From the NCBI RefSeq assembly GCF_003586065.1, contig NZ_CP028379.1: a stretch of 32,000 bases of DNA, one strand, 5' to 3'. The notes beneath the pieces are model-generated. The model was not told the DNA's origin, made no database searches, and saw only the letters and a program-made list of their open reading frames with translations. Positions within the stretch are counted from its first letter, which is position 1; every line of letters begins with the position of its first letter. The DNA comes from Escherichia coli O145 str. RM9872. Its GTDB lineage: Bacteria; Pseudomonadota; Gammaproteobacteria; Enterobacterales; Enterobacteriaceae. Positions 7,043-16,596 of this stretch are shown here, piece after piece. The position numbers and the translations under genes are program-made.

Positions 7043-7264
7043 TTAAAAACTACGGTTAGAAATGGTTGAGACCAGATCTTTTATCGTTTTCAACATTCCA
7101 CTTTCTACGTTAACATAAGCAGAATATTGCTGAACCGCAAACTGCAACTCTAACATTTTTTCAGGGTCATTAACCAAATCGGTGCTATTAAGTAACTCTG
7201 GCACAGAATCGCTCAGCGTTTTACCTACTTCACCCATTTGTTGAGTAATTTCAGATAAATTCAT
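7043..7264 (-). CDS. escF: EscF T3SS needle subunit (73 aa)
   Basis: MNLSEITQQMGEVGKTLSDSVPELLNSTDLVNDPEKMLELQFAVQQYSAYVNVESGMLKTIKDLVSTISNRSF, of the PrgI/MxiH/YscF family. Confidence 0.97.
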   Translation of the reverse strand: MNLSEITQQMGEVGKTLSDSVPELLNSTDLVNDPEKMLELQFAVQQYSAYVNVESGMLKTIKDLVSTISNRSF

Positions 7265-7299
7265 TAAATTTCCCTCAGAAGTTAATAAAATAAAAACTT

Positions 7300-7707
7300 T
7301 TAACTATTTACGTTCATTACGAACCAAATTCCGTCTTCTGTTTCTTGCTGCACGGCACCCTTTCTGATGAAGTAATTAAACAACTCTTCGCGCTTTTGAC
7401 GTTCTGAATCTGAACCAATCTTAGATTTCATCGCGCTGATTTTCTTAATACCCGAAAAATGGTGATACAACTCTTCGAGCAAATGAGTCAGCGATAAAAC
7501 AGGGCCGTTAAGCCCTGTTTGGTTACGTGCTTCAAAAGAGCACAAAATCAGTTCTTGTTCATCCAGTCTGTACGCTAATGAAAAAAAAGGTGTCTCAATC
7601 CGCCATCCGATAAAAAAGGCACTGCCACAAAGAAACTCCTTCTGTATTGTGTACCCTTTTTGTTCAAGATAGTAATTAAACACTTCATCATTAAACGTAT
7701 CGACCAT
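7300..7707 (-). CDS. cesD2: CesD2, chaperone for EspD (135 aa from the ATG)
   Basis: The ORF-track start at 7713 is a TTG. The ATG at 7705-7707 gives MVDTFNDEVFNYYLEQKGY... The gene lies directly after the espB stop (7714-7716). Confidence 0.9.
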   Translation of the reverse strand: MVDTFNDEVFNYYLEQKGYTIQKEFLCGSAFFIGWRIETPFFSLAYRLDEQELILCSFEARNQTGLNGPVLSLTHLLEELYHHFSGIKKISAMKSKIGSDSERQKREELFNYFIRKGAVQQETEDGIWFVMNVNS

Positions 7708-7713
7708 GATCAA

Positions 7714-8652
7714 TTACCCAGCTAAGCGACCCGATTGCCCCATACGATTCTGGACCTCAAGGAGATCGCGGACAGCGGATGTTATATCACGCAGACGAGT
7801 CGTGATATCATCCTGCGTTCTGCGAACGTCTTGTTTATACAGCTCCAGATTCCCCTGCTGGAAGTTTTCCAGCGACTTCGCACGTTGTTCATTAACCTCA
7901 TGAGTCGATTTGACGGACTCAGATATTGTTGTTGGCAACGTTTTCGTACCTTCAGCAAGACTGGTCACGGCAACAAATGCTGTGGTATTGGTCAGTTTAT
8001 CTACGGAATTCAACAACTTATTGATTCTGCTTGTCTTCTCGGCGGCGTCTGCAAGATCTTCAGCAAAGTCAGAGGCTTTCGCAACATCATCTGCAACGCC
8101 AGATGCACGGCTGGCTGCTTTCGTTGTTGTGGCCATCGCTTTCTGCATCGCACTGGATGCCTCCTCTGCGACATCAGCAACACTTTCCGTAGCCTTGACC
8201 AGAGCTTTATTTGCAACCTCAGAAGCCGCACCAGCAGCCTTTGAAGATGCAGAGCTTGCTTTTTCAGCAATCTCACCAGCCCCTTTAGCCGCGTTGTTCA
8301 TTGCTGCAAAAGAACCTAAGATCCCCAATGCTGATGAAATAATCCCGCCAACCAAAGCAGCGGTTGCCGCGGCTTTTTTTTCCTCAATAGCTTTATTCTG
8401 GCTCTCAAAAACGGCCTGCTGAATCTGATAGCTTTGCGCCAATTGTTTTTGTTGGTAATCCTGCAATAGAGTCACCATCTTGCCGAGGAGTTTTTGAATT
8501 TCCAGCATCAGCTTACAAATATCAACCTTACCATCAGTAAGCAGAGATGAATCAATTGATAAAGCAGATGCGGCAACTGCACTGGAAGCGCCGGTCGTAC
8601 TCTCCGAAGCGGAATTAACCATCGTTACTTGAGTATTATCAATAGTATTCAT
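7714..8652 (-). CDS. espB: EspB translocon protein / effector (312 aa)
   Basis: MNTIDNTQVTMVNSASESTTGASSAVAASALSIDSSLLTDGKVDICKLMLEIQKLLGKM..., Ala-rich with a central hydrophobic segment. Confidence 0.97.
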   Translation of the reverse strand: MNTIDNTQVTMVNSASESTTGASSAVAASALSIDSSLLTDGKVDICKLMLEIQKLLGKMVTLLQDYQQKQLAQSYQIQQAVFESQNKAIEEKKAAATAALVGGIISSALGILGSFAAMNNAAKGAGEIAEKASSASSKAAGAASEVANKALVKATESVADVAEEASSAMQKAMATTTKAASRASGVADDVAKASDFAEDLADAAEKTSRINKLLNSVDKLTNTTAFVAVTSLAEGTKTLPTTISESVKSTHEVNEQRAKSLENFQQGNLELYKQDVRRTQDDITTRLRDITSAVRDLLEVQNRMGQSGRLAG

Positions 8653-8672
8653 AATAAAATTCTCTTTAATAA

Positions 8673-9797
8673 TTAAATTCGGCCACTAACAATACGACTA
8701 TTTACCCGTGCTGAATCGGACATCAGTTGAGAAACACTTTGTAAATAGCTCGCCTGATTTTGTAACTCGCTTGCCGCTTTATCCAGCTCGAGCTTCGCAC
8801 TCTCACCTAAGCTTTCACTCTGTCGAGTTAAGTTTTGCACCGCGAAAGCAGCTAACTGAGACAACATTTGGAGTTGCGCAGCCTCATTATTCAACGCAGT
8901 TGTCCCGGCAGAACGAATACCGTTCGTAACGCCCTCAGCCACTGTCGAAATTTTTGCAAAAACGTTTTTAACCAGCGCTTCTGCCGCCTTCTCAACGACT
9001 TTTACAACGCTTGAGCCAATTTTGTTAGCAACATTACCAAATTTAGATAACAGTGAAGACACCCCGCCAACGCCGGCTGTCAGAATGCTTGCGGCCATAG
9101 ATATTCCGCCAAAGACCTGTGCTGCAGTCTTTAATCCCTGAGGGGCATTTTCCCCCATTACATCGACTGCCGTTTGCAGTGCCATTGCTGTTGCACCAAT
9201 GGCAACAACAGCCCAGAGTGCTGGGTTAAAAACAGCGGCAACGGCTGTTAATGCGACGCCCAACCAACCAAAGACCTGGCCAACAATTTTACTTTTTTGT
9301 GATTTCTCTTCGGCTTTCTGTTGTTCTTCGAGCTGTTTTTTATACTCCTGCGTTTTATTCTCCAGCGCTTTAGTTTGCCCATCCATATAAATCTCGTTAG
9401 AGTTTTTCAGACTCGAGACTTTCTGCGCGGAAGTATCCAGGGATAACAGAGTGACCATCATCATCATTTGCTGAGGGTCAACGGTATTCACCTGAGAGAG
9501 ATAGGGATAGCTTGTGCGCTGTGGCTCTGCCTCCTCAGTGCGACTTGTAACCTCACCACTAATACCACCAAACAATTTACTAAGGACATCCTCAGCAGCA
9601 GAGGGCGTCACTAATGAGTGACCTGCCGGCGGCGTCGGTAAAGGGCTACTTTCTGTCCAGCCTGCTGACGAGTTCATGGATTTAACCAGTTGTAAATCCA
9701 GCGATAAACCCGTTTCAGATTGAGTAATACCAGAAGTACCCGAGGCGGTATTAACCCCAGACGTTACAGACAGGGTATCGTTATTTACGTTAAGCAT
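8673..9797 (-). CDS. espD: EspD translocon pore protein (374 aa)
   Basis: MLNVNNDTLSVTSGVNTASGTSGITQSE..., two hydrophobic segments (VFGWLGVALTAVAAVFNPALWAVVAIGATAMAL), YopB/IpaB-like. Confidence 0.97.
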   Translation of the reverse strand: MLNVNNDTLSVTSGVNTASGTSGITQSETGLSLDLQLVKSMNSSAGWTESSPLPTPPAGHSLVTPSAAEDVLSKLFGGISGEVTSRTEEAEPQRTSYPYLSQVNTVDPQQMMMMVTLLSLDTSAQKVSSLKNSNEIYMDGQTKALENKTQEYKKQLEEQQKAEEKSQKSKIVGQVFGWLGVALTAVAAVFNPALWAVVAIGATAMALQTAVDVMGENAPQGLKTAAQVFGGISMAASILTAGVGGVSSLLSKFGNVANKIGSSVVKVVEKAAEALVKNVFAKISTVAEGVTNGIRSAGTTALNNEAAQLQMLSQLAAFAVQNLTRQSESLGESAKLELDKAASELQNQASYLQSVSQLMSDSARVNSRIVSGRI

Positions 9798-9809
9798 AGT
9801 TATCTCCGG

Positions 9810-10388
9810 TTATTTACCAAGGGATATTGCTGAAATAGTTCTATATTGTAGAGATTGCACATCAGAACGTGCACTCGTTAAGAGATTTAATGTATTCGAC
9901 ATTTGCTGAATTTCGAGCTGGCTATTATTCACTACCGTTGTCAGGTTATTCGCTTTAGCTGAAATAGCCGCTTTCACTGTTTGCAGATCACCAGCGCTTA
10001 AATCACCACTAAGATCACTAATACCAGTTACACTAATGTCATTACGTGGATCTTTTATATAGTCAATCACGTCTTGAGGAAGTTTGGCTTTCGCATTCTT
10101 ATCAGTGCTACTCTGAACATCAGCAATTTTGGCATCCACAAGATTAGCCATCTTTTGTGCCGTGGTTGACGCTTTAGATGCCTCATTCATATCAGCAAAC
10201 TTTGCAATCGACAGATTACTTTGTGCCTGATACATATAAGAAAACATGAGAATCGCAGCCTGAAAAACACCGAGTTCCTCAAATAGCTTAACCACCTCAT
10301 CCTTCGACATATTACCTAAGTCATAGATCGTCGATGTCGAAGAACTCGCACTCACATTAACAACGGATGTTGCATTTGATGTATCCAT
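9810..10388 (-). CDS. espA: EspA filament protein (192 aa)
   Basis: MDTSNATSVVNVSASSSTSTIYDLGNMSKDEVVKLFEELGVFQAAILMFSYMYQAQSNLSIAKFADMNEASK... Confidence 0.97.
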   Translation of the reverse strand: MDTSNATSVVNVSASSSTSTIYDLGNMSKDEVVKLFEELGVFQAAILMFSYMYQAQSNLSIAKFADMNEASKASTTAQKMANLVDAKIADVQSSTDKNAKAKLPQDVIDYIKDPRNDISVTGISDLSGDLSAGDLQTVKAAISAKANNLTTVVNNSQLEIQQMSNTLNLLTSARSDVQSLQYRTISAISLGK

Positions 10389-10445
10389 CTATATACCTCT
10401 TGATAATTTTTCTCAGGAAAACAAAAAAATATTGAGTAATTAATA

Positions 10446-11501
10446 TCAAATAATTTCCTCCTTATAGTCGATAACTTTACCAATCATTAATAATGCATTC
10501 TCTCTCTGCTCACTATCAATAAAGCAAGCATCTGGTAATGATGTAAAAAAGTCTTTCAATAAATGAAAATAATAAATATGTTTATCTTCGACAATCGATA
10601 CCCGAGAAGGACTCTCCAGCAACCAGTCTTCTGTTAGCCAGACATGTTCAATAATCGATAACACTTCATTTAAAATGATATCTTTATCTTTCTTAATAGA
10701 GATCGAAATAATATCTGCATAGTTATCAAGTGATAAAAAAATGATTACCCTGCATAAATCACTAATAATTGAAGATGTCTTTACTTTGTCTTCAAAAGAA
10801 GACATATAAGAGAGATCGAACGACAGCGCCCTAATAATGACTTTTAAGTGCTTCTCACGCTCGGGAAGATCCTTAATCTCCATAAACCAGTCAAGTAAAG
10901 AGGCGCCATTTTCAGAATCCTCATCCTTAGCCTTTTCATAAAGCTTCTTGATCTTCTGGATACCTTCCTGATTTAACTCACCCACCCCTAACCAGGAAAG
11001 CAGAGCCAGCTCCCAATCATCTTCGCCTAATAAATCTAATAATAACCTGGCATATTTCTTTTTTAATTCAATCTTAACAAACTTAGATTGCAATAAAGAA
11101 GATATTAGCGCAACAATTTCCCCCTTTGGCATGTTGCCAAACATCGCCAAAGTAGGATCGTGTTGTTCCAGCAGCCCGCTGTTTTTTAATGATAGTTCTT
11201 TTATTTTATCACTATCGGTAAGAGTAAGCAGCTCTTGCATATCATTGAGCAGCTTCTCGATTGTCGAGCCTTCCTCTTCTTTCCTTGCGCTACCTTTGCG
11301 ATATCCCAGGCTTAGCCCTTCAATCGTTTCAGAAAGCGATGAACTAGTAATCATTGCTAATTCATTTTGCAAATTTATTAATGGCGAAGAAATATTAGAA
11401 GAATTTTTTTGCGTTAATTGCTGAGATTCTAATTCAAAATCTAATGAATTAGAATTAAAAACAGATGCGGGGTTTTGATTAAATTCAATACCATTAGCCA
11501 T
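10446..11501 (-). CDS. sepL: SepL T3SS gatekeeper (YopN/TyeA-MxiC family, 351 aa)
   Basis: MANGIEFNQNPASVFNSNSLDFELESQQLTQKN... It is the first gene of the minus-strand LEE4 block. Confidence 0.97.
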   Translation of the reverse strand: MANGIEFNQNPASVFNSNSLDFELESQQLTQKNSSNISSPLINLQNELAMITSSSLSETIEGLSLGYRKGSARKEEEGSTIEKLLNDMQELLTLTDSDKIKELSLKNSGLLEQHDPTLAMFGNMPKGEIVALISSLLQSKFVKIELKKKYARLLLDLLGEDDWELALLSWLGVGELNQEGIQKIKKLYEKAKDEDSENGASLLDWFMEIKDLPEREKHLKVIIRALSFDLSYMSSFEDKVKTSSIISDLCRVIIFLSLDNYADIISISIKKDKDIILNEVLSIIEHVWLTEDWLLESPSRVSIVEDKHIYYFHLLKDFFTSLPDACFIDSEQRENALLMIGKVIDYKEEII

Positions 11502-11643
11502 TGGAAACTCACGTAATCATTAATTATGAATATTCCATTAAATAGTACTGTACAACAGCTTCCTTTCTACTCTATTCTTAGACGATGTAAGTTCACCATA
11601 TTTTTTCTCATTGTTCAACCACCAGGATGAATAAAATTTAAAA
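11502..11643. promoter_or_regulatory. Divergent sepL (LEE4) / escD promoter region
   Basis: 142-bp AT-rich spacer between divergently oriented sepL and escD. Individual -10/-35 elements were not confidently assigned. Confidence 0.45.
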
Positions 11644-12864
11644 ATGTTATCCTCATATAAAATAAAACTTCTCAATGGTGCGATGCGTAATCGGGAATTA
11701 CAACTTCCGATGGGAAACCTAACGCTAGGTACGGAAGATAACGATATTGTTTACTTTCCCCTTGAACAAGGCCTCAATCAGTTTTTACTTGATATACGTG
11801 AGGAAGGTGTTTTCCTTTTATCTCCGGTTGAATTTTGGATTGATGGGCAACCCACGCCCTATGAAGCAGATAAACCATTACCTGTCGGAAAGGTTATTGA
11901 TATAGCGGGATGTTGCTTCATCATTGGTGATATTGACCATTCCTTGCCATTGTCTGATGTGCCAGAAAGGTTCTCTGCCAAAAGTCGACGCAAAAAACGC
12001 CTTATCCTGGCGAGCGTGATTGGTGCTACTTTTGCGTTGTCTGGTGCCATCGGCAGTTACGTTTTGCTTTCCCCAAAAGCTGAACCCCCAACGTTTACCA
12101 GAGCTGATGTATATCAGCAGCTAAAAGAAAACAAACTTCATGCAATCACTCTGGTATGGCATGGGAAAAATATCGCGCTTTATGGGCGTTGCGAATCAAC
12201 CACGGATTTAACTCCATTTTTTAACTACCTAAAAGAAAAAAATATTTTTTATTACAATAATATCATTTGCAATAACCAAATCATATCCGCAATTAATGAT
12301 GTCTTAACGGAATACGGTTACAAAGATATCATTATTACAAAAGGTAATAAGCCTGGATTCTTTCTGTTATCGGGATACATTCCCCCTTCACCCAAATGGA
12401 GCGAGGTTGAAAATCTGTTACTGAATACGCCAGGAGTTGCAGGATGGGAAATACACAACAACAGTAACAATAAAATCAATGAACTGGCATCAGAGTTTAA
12501 AAAGAATAAACTAATAAACTATGTCAATATTTTCAAAAAGAATGATGTCATCATTGTTGCGGGGGAAGTTTCTCAACAGAATGAGAGTAAGATCCTTGCC
12601 ATTATAAATGCAATGAACAAAAATAGTAACGCCAAGATACTCTTTCAGAACATTCAGCCGTACATTTCAGCAGATATTTTCCCCGGAAAAATACTCAGAA
12701 TCAGCGGTACGATGAAGAATCCAACAATTGCTCTTGATAATGGCACCAGCCTGGGGATTGGTAGCATTCTGAAAGGAGGCTATGTCATAGACGCGATTGA
12801 TCCTAAAGATGGTATCAACATCTCCCGCCCAGACGAATATATACATATTCCACTGTCGTATTAA
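11644..12864 (+). CDS. escD: EscD inner-membrane ring protein (PrgH/YscD-like, 406 aa)
   Basis: MLSSYKIKLLNGAMRNRELQLPMGNLTLGTEDNDIVYFPL (FHA-like N-terminus). Single TM segment LILASVIGATFALSGAIGSYVLL. Confidence 0.95.
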   Translation: MLSSYKIKLLNGAMRNRELQLPMGNLTLGTEDNDIVYFPLEQGLNQFLLDIREEGVFLLSPVEFWIDGQPTPYEADKPLPVGKVIDIAGCCFIIGDIDHSLPLSDVPERFSAKSRRKKRLILASVIGATFALSGAIGSYVLLSPKAEPPTFTRADVYQQLKENKLHAITLVWHGKNIALYGRCESTTDLTPFFNYLKEKNIFYYNNIICNNQIISAINDVLTEYGYKDIIITKGNKPGFFLLSGYIPPSPKWSEVENLLLNTPGVAGWEIHNNSNNKINELASEFKKNKLINYVNIFKKNDVIIVAGEVSQQNESKILAIINAMNKNSNAKILFQNIQPYISADIFPGKILRISGTMKNPTIALDNGTSLGIGSILKGGYVIDAIDPKDGINISRPDEYIHIPLSY

Positions 12865-12878
12865 TTTCTTATCCTCTT

Positions 12879-12902
12879 CCCCCTCTTCGGAGGGTTTTTT
12901 AT
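12879..12902 (+). terminator. Rho-independent terminator after escD
   Basis: CCCTC-TTCG-GAGGG (UUCG tetraloop, 12881-12894) followed by T6. Confidence 0.6.
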
Positions 12903-13083
12903 TGTGTGGATGTTGTGAGCATAGTTGTTGCTTGATGTGATTCAGCTTTGGTATCAGCGTGGTTGGATCAACCTACATGAGAAAACGTGAATGTGTCTCT
13001 TTGAAAGAGACCTATTAAGCAGATAAAAAGACCAGTAGTAGATTTGATTATAAGAGGTTATTTCTTAAGAAGAAATAATTATG

Positions 13084-13116
13084 CCCCGACTAAAACAATA
13101 CATATTTTAGCCGGGG
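13084..13116 (-). terminator. Hairpin downstream of eae (candidate LEE5 terminator)
   Basis: CCCCGACTAAAA / TTTTAGCCGGGG, 12-nt arms with one mismatch and a 9-nt loop. On the minus strand it is followed by the U-rich CATAATTATTTCTTCTT. Confidence 0.45.
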
Positions 13117-13127
13117 TGGTTATGGAA

Positions 13128-15932
13128 TTATTCTACACAAACCGCATAGACATTTGGAGTATTAACATTAACCCCAGGAAGAGGGTTTTGTGTTATTAGG
13201 TTATAAGTGCTTGATACTCCAGAACTCTGCTCACTAGATGTCTGTTTAATCCAAGCAGTTATTGAGTTCATAGAACTATAATGGCTATATTTATTTGCAG
13301 CCCCCCATGAGTCATAAATATCTGACAATACCGTCTGTGTGGATGGTAATAAATTTTTGCAAATGGACATAGCATCAGCATAATAGGCTTGCTTATCCAC
13401 TTTTATCATATACGACGGTGCTTTTATAGTGTAACTTACTGTTTGCTTATCACCAGATGTGGCTTTAATTACGACACTGCCTTTACCATTCAAAGTGACT
13501 TTCCCTGATGCATCGACAGTCGCGATACTGGTATTTTCTGAATACCATGAATATGTACCATCACCACCGCTTGCTTTCAGTTTAAACTGACCATATTGCA
13601 GCCAAATATTAGGCAACTCGCCTCTGACATTGTTACCAATAATATCAACCTTGTTGTCAATTTTCAGTTCATCAAAAAAAGTGACCTCAGTCGCTTTAAC
13701 CTCAGCCCCATCACTGACTGTCGCACTAACAGTCGCTTTACCGGTGGAACTGGAAGTTAGTGTTATCGTCGCACGACCATCATTTCCCGTGGTTGCTTGC
13801 GTTTGAGACTTACCGTTGAACATCCCAAAGTTTGTTGAGAATGTAACGGATTGATTATTAACTGGCTGACCGTTTTTCATAACTTTTACAGTATATTTAA
13901 TAGCATCCTTACCATTTGCTACTGCAGTTGTCTTATCAGCCTTAATCTCAGTAATGCTGGCCTTGGTTTGATCAAAAAATATAACCGCACTGGCATTAAG
14001 TGCTGAAGTCATCTCCGCGGTTTTAGCAGACACGACGACCTGTCCTGGCGTACTCGACTTCAACGTTACGGTTGCCTTACCGTTAGCATCCGTTTTGGCA
14101 CTATTTGCCCCAAGAGTTGCAGTTCCTGAAACAATATTAAATGAAACAGGGACATTAGCCTGAGCTACCCCATTCTTTTTCACCGTCGCGGTATAAGTAA
14201 TGGTATCGGCGTTATCCGCTTTAGCCGAAGTCTTATCCGCCGTAAAGTCCGTTACCCCAACCTGGTCGACAACTTGACCATTCGACAGAACGGTAATAGT
14301 AAGCTGTACATTGTTAGAGCTATTGCCATTACGGTCATAGGCGCGAGCCGTCACTTTATAAATATTGCTGCCACCTTGCACATAAGCAGGCAAAATAGCC
14401 TGGTAGTCTTGTGCGCTTTGGCTTCCGCTATGCTGAATCTGACCGCCCTGACTGCGTAATGCACTATCATCCCAGACGATACGATCCAGACCGTATTTGC
14501 TCTTAACGATCAACTGAATCTTCTGCGTACTGTGTTCAGTACCATTAATATCATGCGGAATATTCAGAGAAAGAATATCCTGCTTCTTGTACTCCAGAAT
14601 AATATTGTTATTACGCTGAACCAGATCGTAACGGCTGCCTGATAATGTTCTTAACTCGTTAACATACTGTGGTTCAATTTGCTGAGACCACGATTTATCA
14701 AACTGATAACGGAACTGCATTGAGTAAAGGAGATCATTTTCATTACCCGTACCATGACGGTAATCGATCCCCATCGTCACCAGAGGAATCGGAGTATAGT
14801 TTACACCAACGGTCGCCGCACCAGGATTCGACTGCAGCTTATCAGAATTAAACAAAGCAACATTATCACCATAATACTGCTCATATATCAGCTTGGCGCC
14901 TAATGCCGGATATGACGGTAGATAGCCATTAAAACGGATATCGAAGCCATTTGCTGGGCGCTCATCATAGTCTTTCTTATTGTATGACTCATGCCAGCCG
15001 CTCATGCGGAAATAGCCGTTAACGCTACTTTTGAAATAGTCTCGCCAGTATTCGCCACCAATACCTAAACGGGTATTATCACCAGAAAAATCCTGATCAA
15101 TGAAGACGTTATAGCCCAACATGTTTGCAGGAAGGAAAAAACGCTGACCCGCACCTAAATTTGCCGTAAAGCGGGAGTCAATGTAACGCGCTCCGACCTG
15201 ACCAAATGCCAGCATTTTTTCGGAATCATAGAACGGTAATAAGAAGTCCAGTGAACTACCGTCAAAGTTATTACCACTCTGCAGATTAACCTCTGCCGTC
15301 CCATAATGTTGTAACCAGGCCTGCAACTGTGACGAAGCCTGGTTACCAGCGATACCAAGAGCGGTATCTTTCGCGTAATCACCGTTCAGAGATCGCGACT
15401 GAAGCTGGCTACCGAGACTCGCCGCCTGTTGTGCCGCATAATTTAATGCCTTGTCATCGGTCATGTTGCTTTTGGTCACGTCCGGGGACATTTTAGTCAG
15501 TTTATTCGTGTGACCAGCAACACCACCTGCAGCAACAAGAGGTGCCGAACCTAAAAGTGGTAGTGCACTGTATTCAAAGGGAAGTTTTTTGAGTGGCAAA
15601 ATGATCTGCTGACCAGGCGCGGCCTTCATCATTTCGCTTTCAGAACTGTATAAATGCTTATTCAACGACCAAATCGTCGATAAATTAATATCTTGCGATT
15701 TAGAAAGATCGGCAACAGTTTCACCAGTTTTCAACGTATAAAAAAGGCGATTCTGATAGCTATCATGAGTTAACAGTTTTGAATCCGAACCCAATTTAAA
15801 ATAATTTTCACCATTTGCAAATGAATTCTGATTAACATAAAAAAACAATCCTAAACCAGCACTAAGCATAATCAATGTTTTTTTTAGCTTATGCTTGTGC
15901 CGGGTCCGGGTATAACAACCATGAGTAATCAT
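13128..15932 (-). CDS. eae: Intimin (934 aa from MITHGCYTRTRHKHKLKK), gamma-like
   Basis: ATG at 15930-15932; the ORF-track start at 15950 is a TTG. LysM-like N-terminal region, beta-barrel, Big repeats (TATVKKNGVAQANVPVSF.., KYTVKVMKNGQPVNNQSVTF..) and a C-type-lectin-like C-terminus ending YAVCVE. Confidence 0.97.
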   Translation of the reverse strand: MITHGCYTRTRHKHKLKKTLIMLSAGLGLFFYVNQNSFANGENYFKLGSDSKLLTHDSYQNRLFYTLKTGETVADLSKSQDINLSTIWSLNKHLYSSESEMMKAAPGQQIILPLKKLPFEYSALPLLGSAPLVAAGGVAGHTNKLTKMSPDVTKSNMTDDKALNYAAQQAASLGSQLQSRSLNGDYAKDTALGIAGNQASSQLQAWLQHYGTAEVNLQSGNNFDGSSLDFLLPFYDSEKMLAFGQVGARYIDSRFTANLGAGQRFFLPANMLGYNVFIDQDFSGDNTRLGIGGEYWRDYFKSSVNGYFRMSGWHESYNKKDYDERPANGFDIRFNGYLPSYPALGAKLIYEQYYGDNVALFNSDKLQSNPGAATVGVNYTPIPLVTMGIDYRHGTGNENDLLYSMQFRYQFDKSWSQQIEPQYVNELRTLSGSRYDLVQRNNNIILEYKKQDILSLNIPHDINGTEHSTQKIQLIVKSKYGLDRIVWDDSALRSQGGQIQHSGSQSAQDYQAILPAYVQGGSNIYKVTARAYDRNGNSSNNVQLTITVLSNGQVVDQVGVTDFTADKTSAKADNADTITYTATVKKNGVAQANVPVSFNIVSGTATLGANSAKTDANGKATVTLKSSTPGQVVVSAKTAEMTSALNASAVIFFDQTKASITEIKADKTTAVANGKDAIKYTVKVMKNGQPVNNQSVTFSTNFGMFNGKSQTQATTGNDGRATITLTSSSTGKATVSATVSDGAEVKATEVTFFDELKIDNKVDIIGNNVRGELPNIWLQYGQFKLKASGGDGTYSWYSENTSIATVDASGKVTLNGKGSVVIKATSGDKQTVSYTIKAPSYMIKVDKQAYYADAMSICKNLLPSTQTVLSDIYDSWGAANKYSHYSSMNSITAWIKQTSSEQSSGVSSTYNLITQNPLPGVNVNTPNVYAVCVE

Positions 15933-15991
15933 GTTATGGCTCCACCACAATGAGTTAGAATGAGAAATAAATTATATTAATAGATCGGATT

Positions 15992-16462
15992 TTATCTTCC
16001 GGCGTAATAATGTTTATTGTCGCTTGAACTGATTTCCTCTATTTTCATATGTTCGTTTTCTAATGTTATTCCCTGATTATGTAATACCAAATACAGGTTT
16101 TCCATTGACTTAACAACGACTTCTATTTCATTCTCGAGTTTTTCAGGGGTAGCATCATCGAGAGGGAAACGTAACGCTAACAACAGCGATTGTGCTCCAG
16201 CCTCATAGCACAGATATGGCCCACCATTCTCTGCAAACCATAAGTTTGCATTCAAAATCTCAAGAGCGAAGTTAGAGTTATCTGTCGGGAATTTCCCACA
16301 GACACCATAAATCATCATATATTCGTCATTGGCATCAGATAACGAAATATAATAAATTTCATCAATAGCAAAAGAACACAATCTGTTTTCATTAAATGAA
16401 ATAGATCCAATACCAATTTTTTCTGCAAATTTTTCTAATAAAAGTTCAGATCTTGATGACAT
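15992..16462 (-). CDS. cesT: CesT, class I chaperone for Tir and other effectors (156 aa)
   Basis: [62 protein letters not shown]... Confidence 0.97.
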
Positions 16463-16596
16463 TGTATTTTCTCTTAATTAAATTTATATTTACAGAAGCT
16501 CAAGAGTTGCCCATCCTGCAATGTTATTCCCTGAAAAATTGACGTTAGTTAGACTTCCCCCCTCCCTCCCTCTAAATAAAATGATTATGGATATAT

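Noticed and set aside
7735-8422. 169-aa and 170-aa plus-strand ORFs antisense to espB (similar ones lie in espD at 8708-8929 and 9199-9390)
   Set aside because: espB is Ala/Ser-rich (GCN/TCN codons), which keeps the antisense frames open. The translations are low-complexity, lack SDs and overlap a known gene completely.
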